Virus record (IMG/VR): IMGVR_UViG_3300008448_000001
Location: 62,001-126,000 of that record
DNA length: 64,000 nucleotides
Strand: one strand, 5' to 3'
This document shows positions 43,133-53,664 of the stretch, piece by piece; the first letter of the stretch is position 1, and each line of letters opens with the position of its first letter. The position numbers and the translations under genes are program-made. Under the pieces are notes generated by a model, which saw only the letters and a list, made by a program, of their open reading frames with translations, searched no databases and had not been told where the DNA came from.

Positions 43133-45646
43133 ATGACGACGATCAAAAAGGCGAGTATTGGCGGCAGTGGCGGAGAGACTGAGTTTGAGCAGGCTTTCTC
43201 CAGTTTGGCCTATGCTTATTTGCGAGACAAGGCACCGCGACTGCTGGATCACATGATCGGCTTTCAGCTCGTTGACCGAAATGATGACAACACGAAGGCG
43301 ATGGGTGTTTTCGGCTTTCAGTTGGGGTCGCAATGGCTTTATGCTCCCGTGTTCTTCTTGAACGGTGACCTTAAAGGCCACGAGCTCCTTTACATCAAGA
43401 ACAACGATTCGTTTGTTCCGATGAAGGAGAACTGGATCAATTACATCATGAGCCGTAAGCCGCACATTCTTGGCGAGTCGTCGGCTTCCAAGCTGCGAGA
43501 TCTCGGGGGTGTATATCCCGACGTCCGCACGCTGTCTATTCCGCCTTCCATCGGTGGCGGCAAGCGAGCTAGCGACAGCTACAGGGTGAAGCAACTGCCC
43601 AAGGCTGCCTTTGATTCGGTCTTACCGTTACTTGCTGCTTTCAAGACGCAGGCCGCCAGCTCCTTGTTCAAGATCGCCGGAGGCTCACTTAAAGGTCGCA
43701 AGCTCGATCAGTCCGCCGTCGTTGCTGAGCCGTTTAAGGTGGCTTTCGCTAAAACGGCTGCTGCGTTTGACATGAACACGGTTCTGCCGCAAAGTTCGGA
43801 GCTGCTGTTCAAAGCTTATGCTGTCGCTGAAAAGTATCCCTTGGTTAAATCCGCTTTTAACCGTTTTTACGGTGACGACTGCTTTATGCGTTGGGGTTTG
43901 GCGTGCAAGCAAAACGCCAAGCAAGCTTCGCAAAGCATCGTCAAATCGTCGGCAGCTAAGCCGTCTTCTCTTAGCGGTATGCGACTGATCCCTGACTCCC
44001 AGGGCGAAACCGTGGATCACGTCAAGGCTGGTAACCTTCGGCTTTACACCGCCGAGTCGGGTATGGCGAACCGTGTACCGGAGCTTGACGACGCTGAGCG
44101 TGAACGTTTATTGAATGACACCATGCTTATCGTCGACCATCGAAAGGGTATTCAGGTCAGCCGAACGTACAACACGCAAATCGAGCAGAAGCTTACGAAT
44201 CCTTCCGAGACGTCGCTTTACCGCGTCTTGGAGAAGCCTGGCAAGTTCAGCAAAATGCTCGTTTTGACTCACGGCAGCAGCAATCGTGGCCGCGAGCCTT
44301 TTGTGGTTGTTATCCGGTTGGGCGAAGGGGGCGAGTCGCGCAATTGGATTAGCACGCACGCGACGAATGTTTTTGCGGATCAGATAAGCGAAAGGGACGA
44401 GTGGGATTCCTGGTTTGAGTCCTTGGCAGACGCCAGTTCGCTTTCCGAAAACGGTGTTTACGTTGGTTTGGATGCAACAGGCTCGGCCACTGTTCCGTTT
44501 ACTGTGCAGGAGTCGCTGGGTGACGGTAACTATCGCGTGAACTTTCACACGCATGTTCGTTACGACAACGATCGAGGCTCGACTATGCCTCGCCTTCTCA
44601 AGGTGACCGATCCGTACACGATGGATGGCTACAACCAGCCTAGCACTTACAATGCGTTGCTTTGCGTGGACAAAGAAAACAAACGCGGTACAAAACTCAG
44701 GGCAATCGCGGGTGAGTTGCGTGTCCCAGCCGGCTTTAAATTTATGAAGCTGCCAAGTTCTGACGATAGCGGCTGCGGCTGTGGCTCGTGCGAACCGGCG
44801 GATAAAGACAGTCCGATACAGTTGGGTAGCATCGATGACATTCAGTTGCTGATTCACGAAAAGACGGCCCGGCTCAAGGTTTTCAATAACGGGACGGATG
44901 TCTTTATTGACTCGGTCCTTGGCAAGCACAGCTTTTCAAAACGTGCAGCTTTGTGGGATCTTGTCAGCGTCCACGGTATGCGGGAAGACGTTTCGCGGGA
45001 GATTCTCAAGCAAGCGGAATCACGCGGCAGTGCTGTTTACCGCATAGAGTATGCTCCCGGCTACGGTACGCAAAAAAAGGCGTATCCTAACCACAGCGTA
45101 TTGGCGGGTGGTCCCGATGCACCTGTGTATGACGACTTGGCAGACGAGAGAAGCACGGAGCAATACGGTCCGAGAACCTCGGCAAACACGCAATACGCAG
45201 GTAACGCGGTTTATCGTTTGAACCACATGAGTGCGGACCAGACTGATCCGGGAGTCTGGGATCCTTGGCAAAACTACGAGGCCCAGGACTTCGGTACTTC
45301 CATGCAGGTGGCCCAACAAGCCGGAGCGCAAGGGCAAAAGGAAGTCTTTGATACGACGATGATTTCCGGCATGCTGAAATCTGTTCGGCAAGACTCGCTT
45401 GTCGAACGGCACTTGTCGCCGCTTGTCGAATCGCTTGATTCGCTTGGGCGTTTGCTGATGAACTTTTACTGGCACGGTGAAGAGTTTGAAGACCGTTACG
45501 GCAAGGCGGATATGCCCGAGCTGGAAGATAGTCTTCGTAACGCGTTTGAGGCTATCGGTGACATCACTTTGTTCCTCAAAGAGAAGTCGGTAGAATCACC
45601 GTTTGACGAAGGAGATGTGAACTTGGACGAGCTTTCTAGGAACTAG
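43133..45646 (+). CDS. Large head-module protein
   Basis: 837 aa with many K-x-A motifs, located in the head operon. Confidence 0.7.
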   Translation: MTTIKKASIGGSGGETEFEQAFSSLAYAYLRDKAPRLLDHMIGFQLVDRNDDNTKAMGVFGFQLGSQWLYAPVFFLNGDLKGHELLYIKNNDSFVPMKENWINYIMSRKPHILGESSASKLRDLGGVYPDVRTLSIPPSIGGGKRASDSYRVKQLPKAAFDSVLPLLAAFKTQAASSLFKIAGGSLKGRKLDQSAVVAEPFKVAFAKTAAAFDMNTVLPQSSELLFKAYAVAEKYPLVKSAFNRFYGDDCFMRWGLACKQNAKQASQSIVKSSAAKPSSLSGMRLIPDSQGETVDHVKAGNLRLYTAESGMANRVPELDDAERERLLNDTMLIVDHRKGIQVSRTYNTQIEQKLTNPSETSLYRVLEKPGKFSKMLVLTHGSSNRGREPFVVVIRLGEGGESRNWISTHATNVFADQISERDEWDSWFESLADASSLSENGVYVGLDATGSATVPFTVQESLGDGNYRVNFHTHVRYDNDRGSTMPRLLKVTDPYTMDGYNQPSTYNALLCVDKENKRGTKLRAIAGELRVPAGFKFMKLPSSDDSGCGCGSCEPADKDSPIQLGSIDDIQLLIHEKTARLKVFNNGTDVFIDSVLGKHSFSKRAALWDLVSVHGMREDVSREILKQAESRGSAVYRIEYAPGYGTQKKAYPNHSVLAGGPDAPVYDDLADERSTEQYGPRTSANTQYAGNAVYRLNHMSADQTDPGVWDPWQNYEAQDFGTSMQVAQQAGAQGQKEVFDTTMISGMLKSVRQDSLVERHLSPLVESLDSLGRLLMNFYWHGEEFEDRYGKADMPELEDSLRNAFEAIGDITLFLKEKSVESPFDEGDVNLDELSRN

Positions 45647-45653
45647 GTGAAAC

Positions 45654-46322
45654 ATGGCTTCTGGCTATTCGAGAACGGTTCAGTGCGTACTCACACGCGG
45701 TGTAGCAGGCTTTGTTTCTTTGCCGGCGCCTCCGCGAGGCGAGATCGAGCGGTTGATCATTACGCAAACAGCTGGCGCTGCTACGGCGGCGACAATCAAC
45801 TTGTACGACCGCAAAGGTGCTTGCATCGCGGCAACTGATTTAGAAGTTACTGCGGCTGGATCTGTGACAGGCTCAGCCAACGTCGGAGGCTTCCTGCAGA
45901 TAACGACATCCGCAGACCACGGACGAATTGTAGGCGACCGCGTCGAACTGAAGAACTGTACGATTGCGACTTACAACGCTGTTCACACGGTTACGTCGGT
46001 TACGGCAACGAATCAAATTGTTCTAAGCGTAAGTAACACAGGAGCGGTGGCTACTGCTAATACGGCACCTGTGCTTTGGCAAACGGCTCCGCTCATACCG
46101 ACGAAGCCGCCTGTTTTAAGCTTGCTTCTCACTGATTCCGTTACGGCAGGTACGAACAAAGTGATGTTTGACATTAACCGAGCCTATGAGAACCGGGATA
46201 ATCAAAGTGTCAGCCTACGTTGCCGCCATTCGGGTCTGTGGCTCGAGTTCATCACGGCAGGCACGGCCACGTCGCTGACTTTCGAAGTCGCGGCAACCTT
46301 CCGCGCAGACACGATCGTCTAA
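45654..46322 (+). CDS. Beta-rich structural protein
   Basis: Thr/Ala/Val-rich. ITTSADHG..VGDRV module typical of phage structural proteins. Confidence 0.65.
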   Translation: MASGYSRTVQCVLTRGVAGFVSLPAPPRGEIERLIITQTAGAATAATINLYDRKGACIAATDLEVTAAGSVTGSANVGGFLQITTSADHGRIVGDRVELKNCTIATYNAVHTVTSVTATNQIVLSVSNTGAVATANTAPVLWQTAPLIPTKPPVLSLLLTDSVTAGTNKVMFDINRAYENRDNQSVSLRCRHSGLWLEFITAGTATSLTFEVAATFRADTIV

Positions 46323-46331
46323 GGTGCCAAG

Positions 46332-47339
46332 TTGAGTAGAACTTACAACGATATCCGGTTGGCCGACCCTTTCTTGCAACCATTTTGGCGGCACGAGCGG
46401 GTTCTTTCCATGTTGGCGGCGTGGCCACCGGAGCGATGCAAACGCTTTGACGACCAGTGGATTCAAGGTTACCGTTCGTATCTTTTCACCTGGAACAAGG
46501 GCGGCTCCAGGCGTACTTCGCTTTTGTATGACAATCCCGGGTTGTACTACGCTCACAACATGTTTGTAAACCGACTTAATGATCCGGAGATGTCGTTGAT
46601 CATTGAAGCCAGGCTACTTTCGGGTATGTCTTACGAGGCGATTGCCGAAGAAAACAAGACCATACCCGAGACGATTCAATGGTACGAAAAGCTTTTCTTT
46701 AACGTCAAAGAGTTTCTTCGACATCACGATTGGATTTTACGCAACGTGTTGGTACCCGCGTCGGATCGTTTCGTAGACGTTGAAAATGAGCAGGACAGCG
46801 ACAAACGACCCAGGTTCGAGATAAAGCCTCATTTCGATATGACGCTTAAATTTTTCGCTTATTACGGTGGTCCTGTTCTTTGCGACTTTATGCTCAGCGG
46901 ATTCAAGCGCGGAGTTAAGGTTGAGCGACTCGATGACGTTGAGCCTTGGCTGGACAGTCAGTGGTCCAACCAGATACGCCGCAAGAGCGCACAGGCCGCA
47001 GGGCAGTTCCGGGTAAACAACTTTAACGTGATGGAACTGTTCGTCGTACACGCTAAGCTCATCGAGATTCAGCAACGCGTCGACGACAAGCAGACTCGCC
47101 ACAACGAATTCGAGAAGCACATTAACGCCATGTTGTCCGAAATGCCGTGGGTTGTCGGCGATGAGGGCGAAAAGCTATATGCTGAAACACCTTTGGGCCT
47201 GTATGATAGACGGGCAGCTGAGCTGGATGGCTCTGAGGTTATGACAGTAGGTGCTGGCGGAAAAATCGGTACTGACCTGAAAGACGTAGACGAAAACATA
47301 TTCCGTCGCACGGAGACAAAAGATGGAAAACCTAAATAG
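46332..47339 (+). CDS. Hypothetical protein
   Basis: 335-aa ORF, TTG start. Confidence 0.7.
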   Translation: MSRTYNDIRLADPFLQPFWRHERVLSMLAAWPPERCKRFDDQWIQGYRSYLFTWNKGGSRRTSLLYDNPGLYYAHNMFVNRLNDPEMSLIIEARLLSGMSYEAIAEENKTIPETIQWYEKLFFNVKEFLRHHDWILRNVLVPASDRFVDVENEQDSDKRPRFEIKPHFDMTLKFFAYYGGPVLCDFMLSGFKRGVKVERLDDVEPWLDSQWSNQIRRKSAQAAGQFRVNNFNVMELFVVHAKLIEIQQRVDDKQTRHNEFEKHINAMLSEMPWVVGDEGEKLYAETPLGLYDRRAAELDGSEVMTVGAGGKIGTDLKDVDENIFRRTETKDGKPK

Positions 47340-48630
47340 GCAGGACGAAGAGCTGCTGATGGCAGGCGTCAAGCAAGCGGTAGCCCTGGTGGACGATCGG
47401 GGTCTTACGCCGAATGATGCCTTGCACAAGGTTGCTCAAGACCTGGGTTTTACGCCGGGTTTTCTTAAAGCAGCGTGCAACGCTTTCAACACTGGGCGAC
47501 AGCTTGCACAGTGGGAGGCCAACTCCAGTGTCCTGGACAAGCTTGCGGATTTCCCTTTGGCGGACTACTCGGAAGTGCATGACCGGATTTGGGGAAGCAC
47601 CAAGGAGAAGGTGGCACACGTGTCGACAACGTCTCCCAAGTTTCGAAGCTATGCAGACAAGCACAGTTTGCTAAAAGCGGATTTAAAGTTCACTGAGAAA
47701 GTCGCTGCCGAGTTGCCAGCCACTGCACCAGACGCCGGGATCAAGAAGGCCTTCGACGCTAAAGACTACCAACAACGGCTTATGCGCGAAGCTAACCGTG
47801 AGAAGGTTGCAGCGGAAGACCAAATGAATCTTAAGCTGCATTTACTGGTTTCTTACTTTAAAAAATCGGCTTACGACCGTTTGCCACTTGCGCAAGTGGA
47901 ACATGCTGCCGGAATCTATTACGGTGCAGCTGGTAACTCGCTTATGCAGCATGTCGCCTCACACTTCCCGAACGAGAAGAAAGCGTCAGACCATAAACCC
48001 ACGTGGTCCGGCTTCCGGGCTGTAGCGGAGCGGGGTGCGGCACCGTACACTTTGATCGACGCATGCATCAAGCAAGCGGAAGAGCTTATTTTGGCTGAAG
48101 AAAAGCTTGCCAAGCATGTCGCTGCGGCAGCTAAAGCCACGCGTTTTGCGGACGATCTGTACGCCAAACTGCGGCCCGAGGTCACGAAGCAAGCCAACCT
48201 GTCTTCGATTATCGGCGGCGTTGCCGGAGGTTTCGGCATGGGGGCTGCGAAAAACCTGGGGGAGTCGGTTGCAGAGGGTGGTAATTCCGCTCTCGAAAGC
48301 GAGATTCAAAATTTAGACAGCCCTGATCATTTGAACGAACTACGCAAAATTCGGGCGCAAACCGCTCTCACCCAGATGATGAGCGACCCGGAAAACCCTG
48401 TAAGCGAATACGAGCCTGATCAGGTTCTCAACGCGTACAATGAGCTAGTACAGCTTTCTCCTCGTTTAGCGGACCAACCTTCTGCCCTTGGCCCTTTGTT
48501 GCGTAAGCGGCTTATGGGCAACACTGAACCTTTTGAGATTGGCGAGGCGATCAAGCTCGAGGAAGGTTTACGCCGCACACAAAGTACTCCAACCCAAATG
48601 ATGCGAAATGAAGCCAGTATCCTTAGCTAA
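47323..48630 (+). CDS. Head-module protein (K-x-A rich)
   Basis: EKVA (3 times), KKSA, EKKA, TKQA. Glycine-zipper segment. Confidence 0.7.
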   Translation: MENLNRQDEELLMAGVKQAVALVDDRGLTPNDALHKVAQDLGFTPGFLKAACNAFNTGRQLAQWEANSSVLDKLADFPLADYSEVHDRIWGSTKEKVAHVSTTSPKFRSYADKHSLLKADLKFTEKVAAELPATAPDAGIKKAFDAKDYQQRLMREANREKVAAEDQMNLKLHLLVSYFKKSAYDRLPLAQVEHAAGIYYGAAGNSLMQHVASHFPNEKKASDHKPTWSGFRAVAERGAAPYTLIDACIKQAEELILAEEKLAKHVAAAAKATRFADDLYAKLRPEVTKQANLSSIIGGVAGGFGMGAAKNLGESVAEGGNSALESEIQNLDSPDHLNELRKIRAQTALTQMMSDPENPVSEYEPDQVLNAYNELVQLSPRLADQPSALGPLLRKRLMGNTEPFEIGEAIKLEEGLRRTQSTPTQMMRNEASILS

Positions 48631-49771
48631 TATTTCTTACGAACAAGGTTTAAAGCTGCTTTTGCTTCGCAAGCAAGCCTTGGACGCAGGCACAGTTCGG
48701 AGGCTTCCGCCTGCTGCCCTCGCGAACTCCTTTTTGATGGACTCAACCGGGAAGCAAGTCATCAAACAAGCTGCAGGGTTTTGGGATCAGCTGAAGGACA
48801 CTTATCAGTCTGGCATGAACAAGATCACCACGGATCCAGGGCTGCAAGCTACGCTGGGATACGGTTTGGCGGGTGCGGGATTGGGTGCCGCTGGTGCTGG
48901 CGGCCTGGCAGCAGCTCGCGGAGAGAAAAACTGGAAGCGTCGTTTGTTGCAGGGAGCCACTGCGGGCGGCTTGCTCGGAGGCGGGCTCGGACTTGCGATG
49001 AACCCTGGCAGCGTCACCAAGCCGCTGGAAGACCGTGCCGCAAGATTGACGGAACAAGGCATGCAAACTGGCGAGCTTTCGGAAGAGGACAAGAAACAGA
49101 ACTACGTCGAACAGCTTAAAGCCACAGCGAACGCAAATCCTGCGATGGGCGCTGCCGGAACCGCTGCGGCGGGTGTTGGGCTCGGTGTCGGGGCTTCTCG
49201 CGTCGCCCGTACGTTTCCGGGGATGAAACCGATTGATCACCGGTACATCGCGGAGAATTTGGTCGAAAGCTATTTGAAAGATTCGAATTCGGTTAACAAA
49301 GACTTGATAGAAAAGCTTGTAGATCCGAAAAAAATAACTGACTCGGCCTGGCTCGACCCTGCACGACAACAAAAGCAACAACAAGTTATCGAGTTTCTAA
49401 ACCAGGGGGGTCAGCAGGTGCTTGATTCGGCGACCGATCCTGCGTTTAAAACCAATTTCATCGACGCGCTTCAGGATAAATTGCCTGGAAATTTTACGGC
49501 GACCGAAGCCGGAGTGAGTTCGTTGTTTAACGATAAGGAAACGCGGGATCGAGTCGCAAAGAACTTTATCAACCGCGGTCTTCACAGTAACGCCACTGGC
49601 ACAAAGAGCCAGAGAGCGATGTTACCGACGCTACGTCGCGGAGCTCTTGGTGGAACGATCGGTGCCTTGGGCGGCATTTGGAGCCTTGTGCAGTACATGC
49701 GAGACAGGCAAGCGCAGCAGGACGCTACTGCGCAGCTCGAAGCCTTACGCGATGGAAGTGGCACCCCTTAA
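48608..49771 (+). CDS. Glycine-zipper virion protein
   Basis: RKQA, IKQA, several GxxxG helices. Confidence 0.7.
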   Translation: MKPVSLANISYEQGLKLLLLRKQALDAGTVRRLPPAALANSFLMDSTGKQVIKQAAGFWDQLKDTYQSGMNKITTDPGLQATLGYGLAGAGLGAAGAGGLAAARGEKNWKRRLLQGATAGGLLGGGLGLAMNPGSVTKPLEDRAARLTEQGMQTGELSEEDKKQNYVEQLKATANANPAMGAAGTAAAGVGLGVGASRVARTFPGMKPIDHRYIAENLVESYLKDSNSVNKDLIEKLVDPKKITDSAWLDPARQQKQQQVIEFLNQGGQQVLDSATDPAFKTNFIDALQDKLPGNFTATEAGVSSLFNDKETRDRVAKNFINRGLHSNATGTKSQRAMLPTLRRGALGGTIGALGGIWSLVQYMRDRQAQQDATAQLEALRDGSGTP

Positions 49772-49788
49772 TACTCGCAGGAGCAGGT

Positions 49789-51267
49789 ATGATTAAATTT
49801 GTATCGCCGTCAGGCTGGGAATTCGACAGGCAAATTGTTGTGCCCGTTAAAGTCAGTAGCCGAGGGCTTATCGGCAACGACAGGCGTGACTTCTTAAAGA
49901 CTGCGAGTCACGCCTTTTTGCCGCACGTCGACAATTACAAGTTTGCAAGCGACGAGATACCTGTGCATTTGATTGCACTCGGGGCGAGCGAAGCCTACGG
50001 TCCGAATCGCAACGGTGACGGTTTCAAGGAAGCGACTTGCAAAAAGTATCATGACACCTTTGTCAAGCTTGCTAAGTTTTTTCGAAACCACAAGAACAAG
50101 CCGGAACGCGGTGATCCTTTTTATGGGTATGTTAAAGCTTCTGCCTACAACGACGACATGCGACGGGTTGAGTTGCTTTGTGCGTTGAACGCCAACAAGG
50201 CGGCAGCGGATCGTAACGGTGGCCTGGTCGCCGACACCGAAGTGGAGAAGATTGCAAGGGGCGAAGACTTTCCGGTGAGCATGGCTTGTCGCGTACCGAA
50301 TGACATTTGTTCGTTCTGCAAGCACGCCGCAAAAACCCGGGACGAGTATTGCACCAGTGAGAAATGCGCCGCAGGCGGTTGCAGACACAACCTTTCGCGG
50401 TTGGTGAAAGTTGGCGGTGACTTACATCACCTGCACGTTGACAACCCTGACCCGGCTTGGTTCGACATTTCGCGTGTCTTTAGGCCAGCCGACCGTATCG
50501 CTTATGGTGCCAAGGCGGACTACTTTACAAAAGCGGCCTCTGACGATGGGATTTTTGATCTCCAAGATTGCATCAAAATGTCTTGTAACTCCACGGCACC
50601 GCTTGACGTGATCTTGTACCAGTCCGGGCAGCACGGTTTCTGGTCCGAAAAGACAGCATCTCAAATTCGACTCGGTTACGCCCTGGCTACCGCCGAGAAG
50701 ACTTCGGCGTTGCCTGACACCTTGTTGGCTGGTATAGCCACGCAAGCTTTTCCGATCGAGAAGCTTGCGGCTTTCGGTACCCCTACCTGTGACCGCCAGC
50801 TGGCGGCCTTGGCAGACCGTTGCATATTTTTAAGCCTTGCAGATTACGGCAGGCTTTCTGCTCGGTCGACGCATGTTAAAGCTGCGCAGAATGTGTTGCC
50901 GTCGATTTACGGTACGATGGCCACTGACGAGTCGTTGCCACTACGGATAGAGCAGTCGCCTTCGGTGCTGATTGATAAGGTTGCTACTTTTAAGGACGAT
51001 CTCCTGGCGACTTCTCTCGTCAAAGATTTTTCTTTTTACAAGGAATCTGTTTATCTCCGAAGCATGTTGGGCTGTTGTCGCGAGTCTCGAATACCTAAAA
51101 TCGGAAAACATGAGAAGCTTGCGGCGTGTAATTTTGAGAGTAAGGCGTTAGCTGAAGACTACGCTATGTATAAGCTGGCAGCACTTTGGCGGTCAGCCGC
51201 TCACAATCCAAACTTCCCGTTGACAGTGCGGTTCGCCGTCTGTCAGAATCAACTTTTTAGCGTGTAA
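49789..51267 (+). CDS. Prohead maturation protease (HK97/assemblin-like fold) with Cys-rich insertion
   Basis: NRNGDGF, candidate catalytic His in FRNHKN, Ser in PVSMAC, and DISRVFRPAD (E/D-x-S-x-V-x-x-PA-like). Lies directly upstream of scaffold-like and capsid genes. Confidence 0.7.
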   Translation: MIKFVSPSGWEFDRQIVVPVKVSSRGLIGNDRRDFLKTASHAFLPHVDNYKFASDEIPVHLIALGASEAYGPNRNGDGFKEATCKKYHDTFVKLAKFFRNHKNKPERGDPFYGYVKASAYNDDMRRVELLCALNANKAAADRNGGLVADTEVEKIARGEDFPVSMACRVPNDICSFCKHAAKTRDEYCTSEKCAAGGCRHNLSRLVKVGGDLHHLHVDNPDPAWFDISRVFRPADRIAYGAKADYFTKAASDDGIFDLQDCIKMSCNSTAPLDVILYQSGQHGFWSEKTASQIRLGYALATAEKTSALPDTLLAGIATQAFPIEKLAAFGTPTCDRQLAALADRCIFLSLADYGRLSARSTHVKAAQNVLPSIYGTMATDESLPLRIEQSPSVLIDKVATFKDDLLATSLVKDFSFYKESVYLRSMLGCCRESRIPKIGKHEKLAACNFESKALAEDYAMYKLAALWRSAAHNPNFPLTVRFAVCQNQLFSV

Positions 51268-51296
51268 ACGGTTAACCGTAGATCAAGGAGTATTCG

Positions 51297-52571
51297 ATGT
51301 CCAAATCTGCAAATTCGATCAATACAATCGACAAATTCTTGCAGGCTGTGAAGAGTAACGTCAAGTTTGCTGCGGAGGCTCACACCGAGCCCGGCAGCAT
51401 TGGTGGTGCTACGACTCACCCTGTCAAAGACGTTGACGATTCCACCGAGGAAGCTTCCGAAGGTTCTCGCTCTGCCGAGAACACCGCTGACGTCAAATCC
51501 GACCAAGGCAAGCCTTCTGTCGACAGCACTTCCGAAAACGTAGCGGCCAAGAAGGCTGCCGCCAAGCGAGCTGTCGACGGCAAATCCGAGGACGGTTCGG
51601 TCAACCCGCCTGGAACTGCTGCGGGCGATCAGCTTCAAATCGGCACGAAGAAGCAACCTACCGGCGAAGACCCTGCGGTTGAAACTGGCTCAGCGAAGGC
51701 TGAAAAAGAAGACGCTGCAGGTGGCCGGCTGGGCAACACGAGTCACCCTGCTCGCACAAACAACGGTGAACTCGACGGCTACAAGTATGCTTCGATGTCC
51801 GTTGAAAAGCTTGCCAGCTTGACGTCTCAACTTGGCAACAGTTTGCTGGCCGAGCTTGCTACAGTGCAAAAGCAAGCAGAGTTGACCGGGGCACAGTCAA
51901 AGCTTGACGTGAACGGTAACGGCAAAATCGAAGGATCGGACCTGGCTTCTTTGCGAAACGACGAAGGTTCCGATGACGACGAGAAGTCTGCCGTAGACGC
52001 CGCCTCTCAAGCAGGCTGGGAACTTGCCGGTTTGCTTAGCGGAAAATTTGACAAGCAAGCCGCAGACGCACTCGTGGCGCAGTCGCTTGAATCGATCATC
52101 AAGGTGGCTGCCGACGATGCGGACAAGGTTGCCGCATTCTTGCGACAGTACGGGGCAGAGCTTGACAAGCAAGCCATGGGTGAGATGCCTGCCGGCATTG
52201 ACCCTGCCGCCTTGGCTGGCGGTGGAGCCCCAGACATGGGCGCAGCAATGGGCGCCGGTGGCCCTCCGCCTGAGGGTGCCGGTGGTGGCTCGCCCGACAT
52301 GGAACAGCTTTTAGCCATCCTCGAACAACTCGGAATTACTCCGGAAGACCTTGAAGCGGCCATGGCTGCTGAAGGCGGTGCCGGTGGTGGTGGCGGCGGT
52401 GGTATGCCTCCCGGCGCACCAGCAGGTGCCCCGCCAGAGGAACCCAAAGCTGAAGAAGCACCGGGAATGGAAGTCGAAGCACGGGCCAAAGCCGCTGCCG
52501 CCAAAAAGGGCGCATCTGACAGTCGCGTCCGCGACTACATCCAAGAGGTCTTGAGCCGTTCGCGGTCCTAA
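51297..52571 (+). CDS. Scaffold/prohead core-like protein
   Basis: Acidic, low complexity, about 10 K-x-A motifs, EF-hand-like DVNGNGKIEGSD. Sits after the protease. Confidence 0.65.
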   Translation: MSKSANSINTIDKFLQAVKSNVKFAAEAHTEPGSIGGATTHPVKDVDDSTEEASEGSRSAENTADVKSDQGKPSVDSTSENVAAKKAAAKRAVDGKSEDGSVNPPGTAAGDQLQIGTKKQPTGEDPAVETGSAKAEKEDAAGGRLGNTSHPARTNNGELDGYKYASMSVEKLASLTSQLGNSLLAELATVQKQAELTGAQSKLDVNGNGKIEGSDLASLRNDEGSDDDEKSAVDAASQAGWELAGLLSGKFDKQAADALVAQSLESIIKVAADDADKVAAFLRQYGAELDKQAMGEMPAGIDPAALAGGGAPDMGAAMGAGGPPPEGAGGGSPDMEQLLAILEQLGITPEDLEAAMAAEGGAGGGGGGGMPPGAPAGAPPEEPKAEEAPGMEVEARAKAAAAKKGASDSRVRDYIQEVLSRSRS

Positions 52572-52583
52572 TTTCAATTTCAA
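52567..52583 (+). promoter_or_regulatory. Intergenic motif CCTAATTTCAATTTCAA, copy 1
   Basis: Identical 17-mer at 53611-53627. Confidence 0.6.
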
Positions 52584-52601
52584 AACTGGAGAAAATCCCT
52601 T

Positions 52602-53030
52602 ATGAACACCAAAATTGCATCCATGATGATCGAGTATATCGCCGCAAGTTCGGCGCTTACCGATCGTCTGCTTGGCGATACTCAACGTTATCGTGCTCAA
52701 GAGAAGGCGGCAGCTGCCAAGCAGTCGTCCACGCTTGAGACGATGTTGCGAAACGACTGTGTTGGGCCAAACGAGAAGCAGGCTGCTGCTTCGATGTTGG
52801 CCGACCACGGTCAAACTCTTGACCTGCTCGTCAACGCTGTTAACAAGATGGCCGAATACCGTGGGCGATCCGAGAAGATCGCAAGCGACCTTGGCCGTCC
52901 TGTGGCAGACCCTGCAGTGAAAACTGCAAGTTACGACAGCCTCAACGACCCGTTTGTTGGGCGTCATTCTTCGCAGAAGAAGGCTTCCGACCTTGCTCTC
53001 CTGCGTGTATTACGTGCACCAGGTTCCTAA
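52602..53030 (+). CDS. Small scaffold-like protein
   Basis: Helical. 7 of 9 Lys are in K-x-A. Confidence 0.7.
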   Translation: MNTKIASMMIEYIAASSALTDRLLGDTQRYRAQEKAAAAKQSSTLETMLRNDCVGPNEKQAAASMLADHGQTLDLLVNAVNKMAEYRGRSEKIASDLGRPVADPAVKTASYDSLNDPFVGRHSSQKKASDLALLRVLRAPGS

Positions 53031-53072
53031 TTCCGCATTTAGACGTCAAATCCAAATCAGGAGGATTTACAA

Positions 53073-53615
53073 ATGGCTGCTCCACGGCAAATGACCGCTA
53101 ACACTCTCAACGCGTTGAAAGGCTGGCCGCAGATGAACGCGGTTGACTACACCGCGAAGTTTTCTTCGACCATCCCTGCGGGCGACTTGCCCGTCTTGGC
53201 GGGTTCCGTTGTTTCGCTCAATTCCAGCGGCGAATTCATTCTCGGTGTGGGTAACACCAGGGTGATGCCGATGTTTTTGTTCAACAACTCGGACGATCCC
53301 GACGTCACCAACGACGGCGGCGACGCGTCTACCACTCGGGGTGTTTTCATTCCGATGTCGCCAACGGGCCAAGCAATGGCTCTCGTTGCTATTGGCGCGT
53401 ATGAGCTTGTCAGCACGGCTTATGTCGACGCTGCGTATTCAATCAACCAACCTTTGACCGCCAACCTTTCCGGCGGTGCAAACCCAGGCAAGTTGCGGGC
53501 TGGCACCATGTACACCAACATGATTGTTGGCCTTGTGTCTCGTGGCGTTGTTGACAATGGCTACGGTCAGAATGCTTTGGCTTTCTGGCCTTGCACAGTC
53601 TTCCCAACGGCCTAA
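53073..53615 (+). CDS. Probable head decoration/cement protein
   Basis: Beta-rich 180 aa directly before the MCP. Strong SD AGGAGG. Confidence 0.6.
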   Translation: MAAPRQMTANTLNALKGWPQMNAVDYTAKFSSTIPAGDLPVLAGSVVSLNSSGEFILGVGNTRVMPMFLFNNSDDPDVTNDGGDASTTRGVFIPMSPTGQAMALVAIGAYELVSTAYVDAAYSINQPLTANLSGGANPGKLRAGTMYTNMIVGLVSRGVVDNGYGQNALAFWPCTVFPTA

Positions 53616-53627
53616 TTTCAATTTCAA
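53611..53627 (+). promoter_or_regulatory. Intergenic motif CCTAATTTCAATTTCAA, copy 2
   Basis: Identical to 52567-52583. Confidence 0.6.
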
Positions 53628-53664
53628 CGAGTCTTAGACTCGATTAACCATGGAGGTTACGTTA

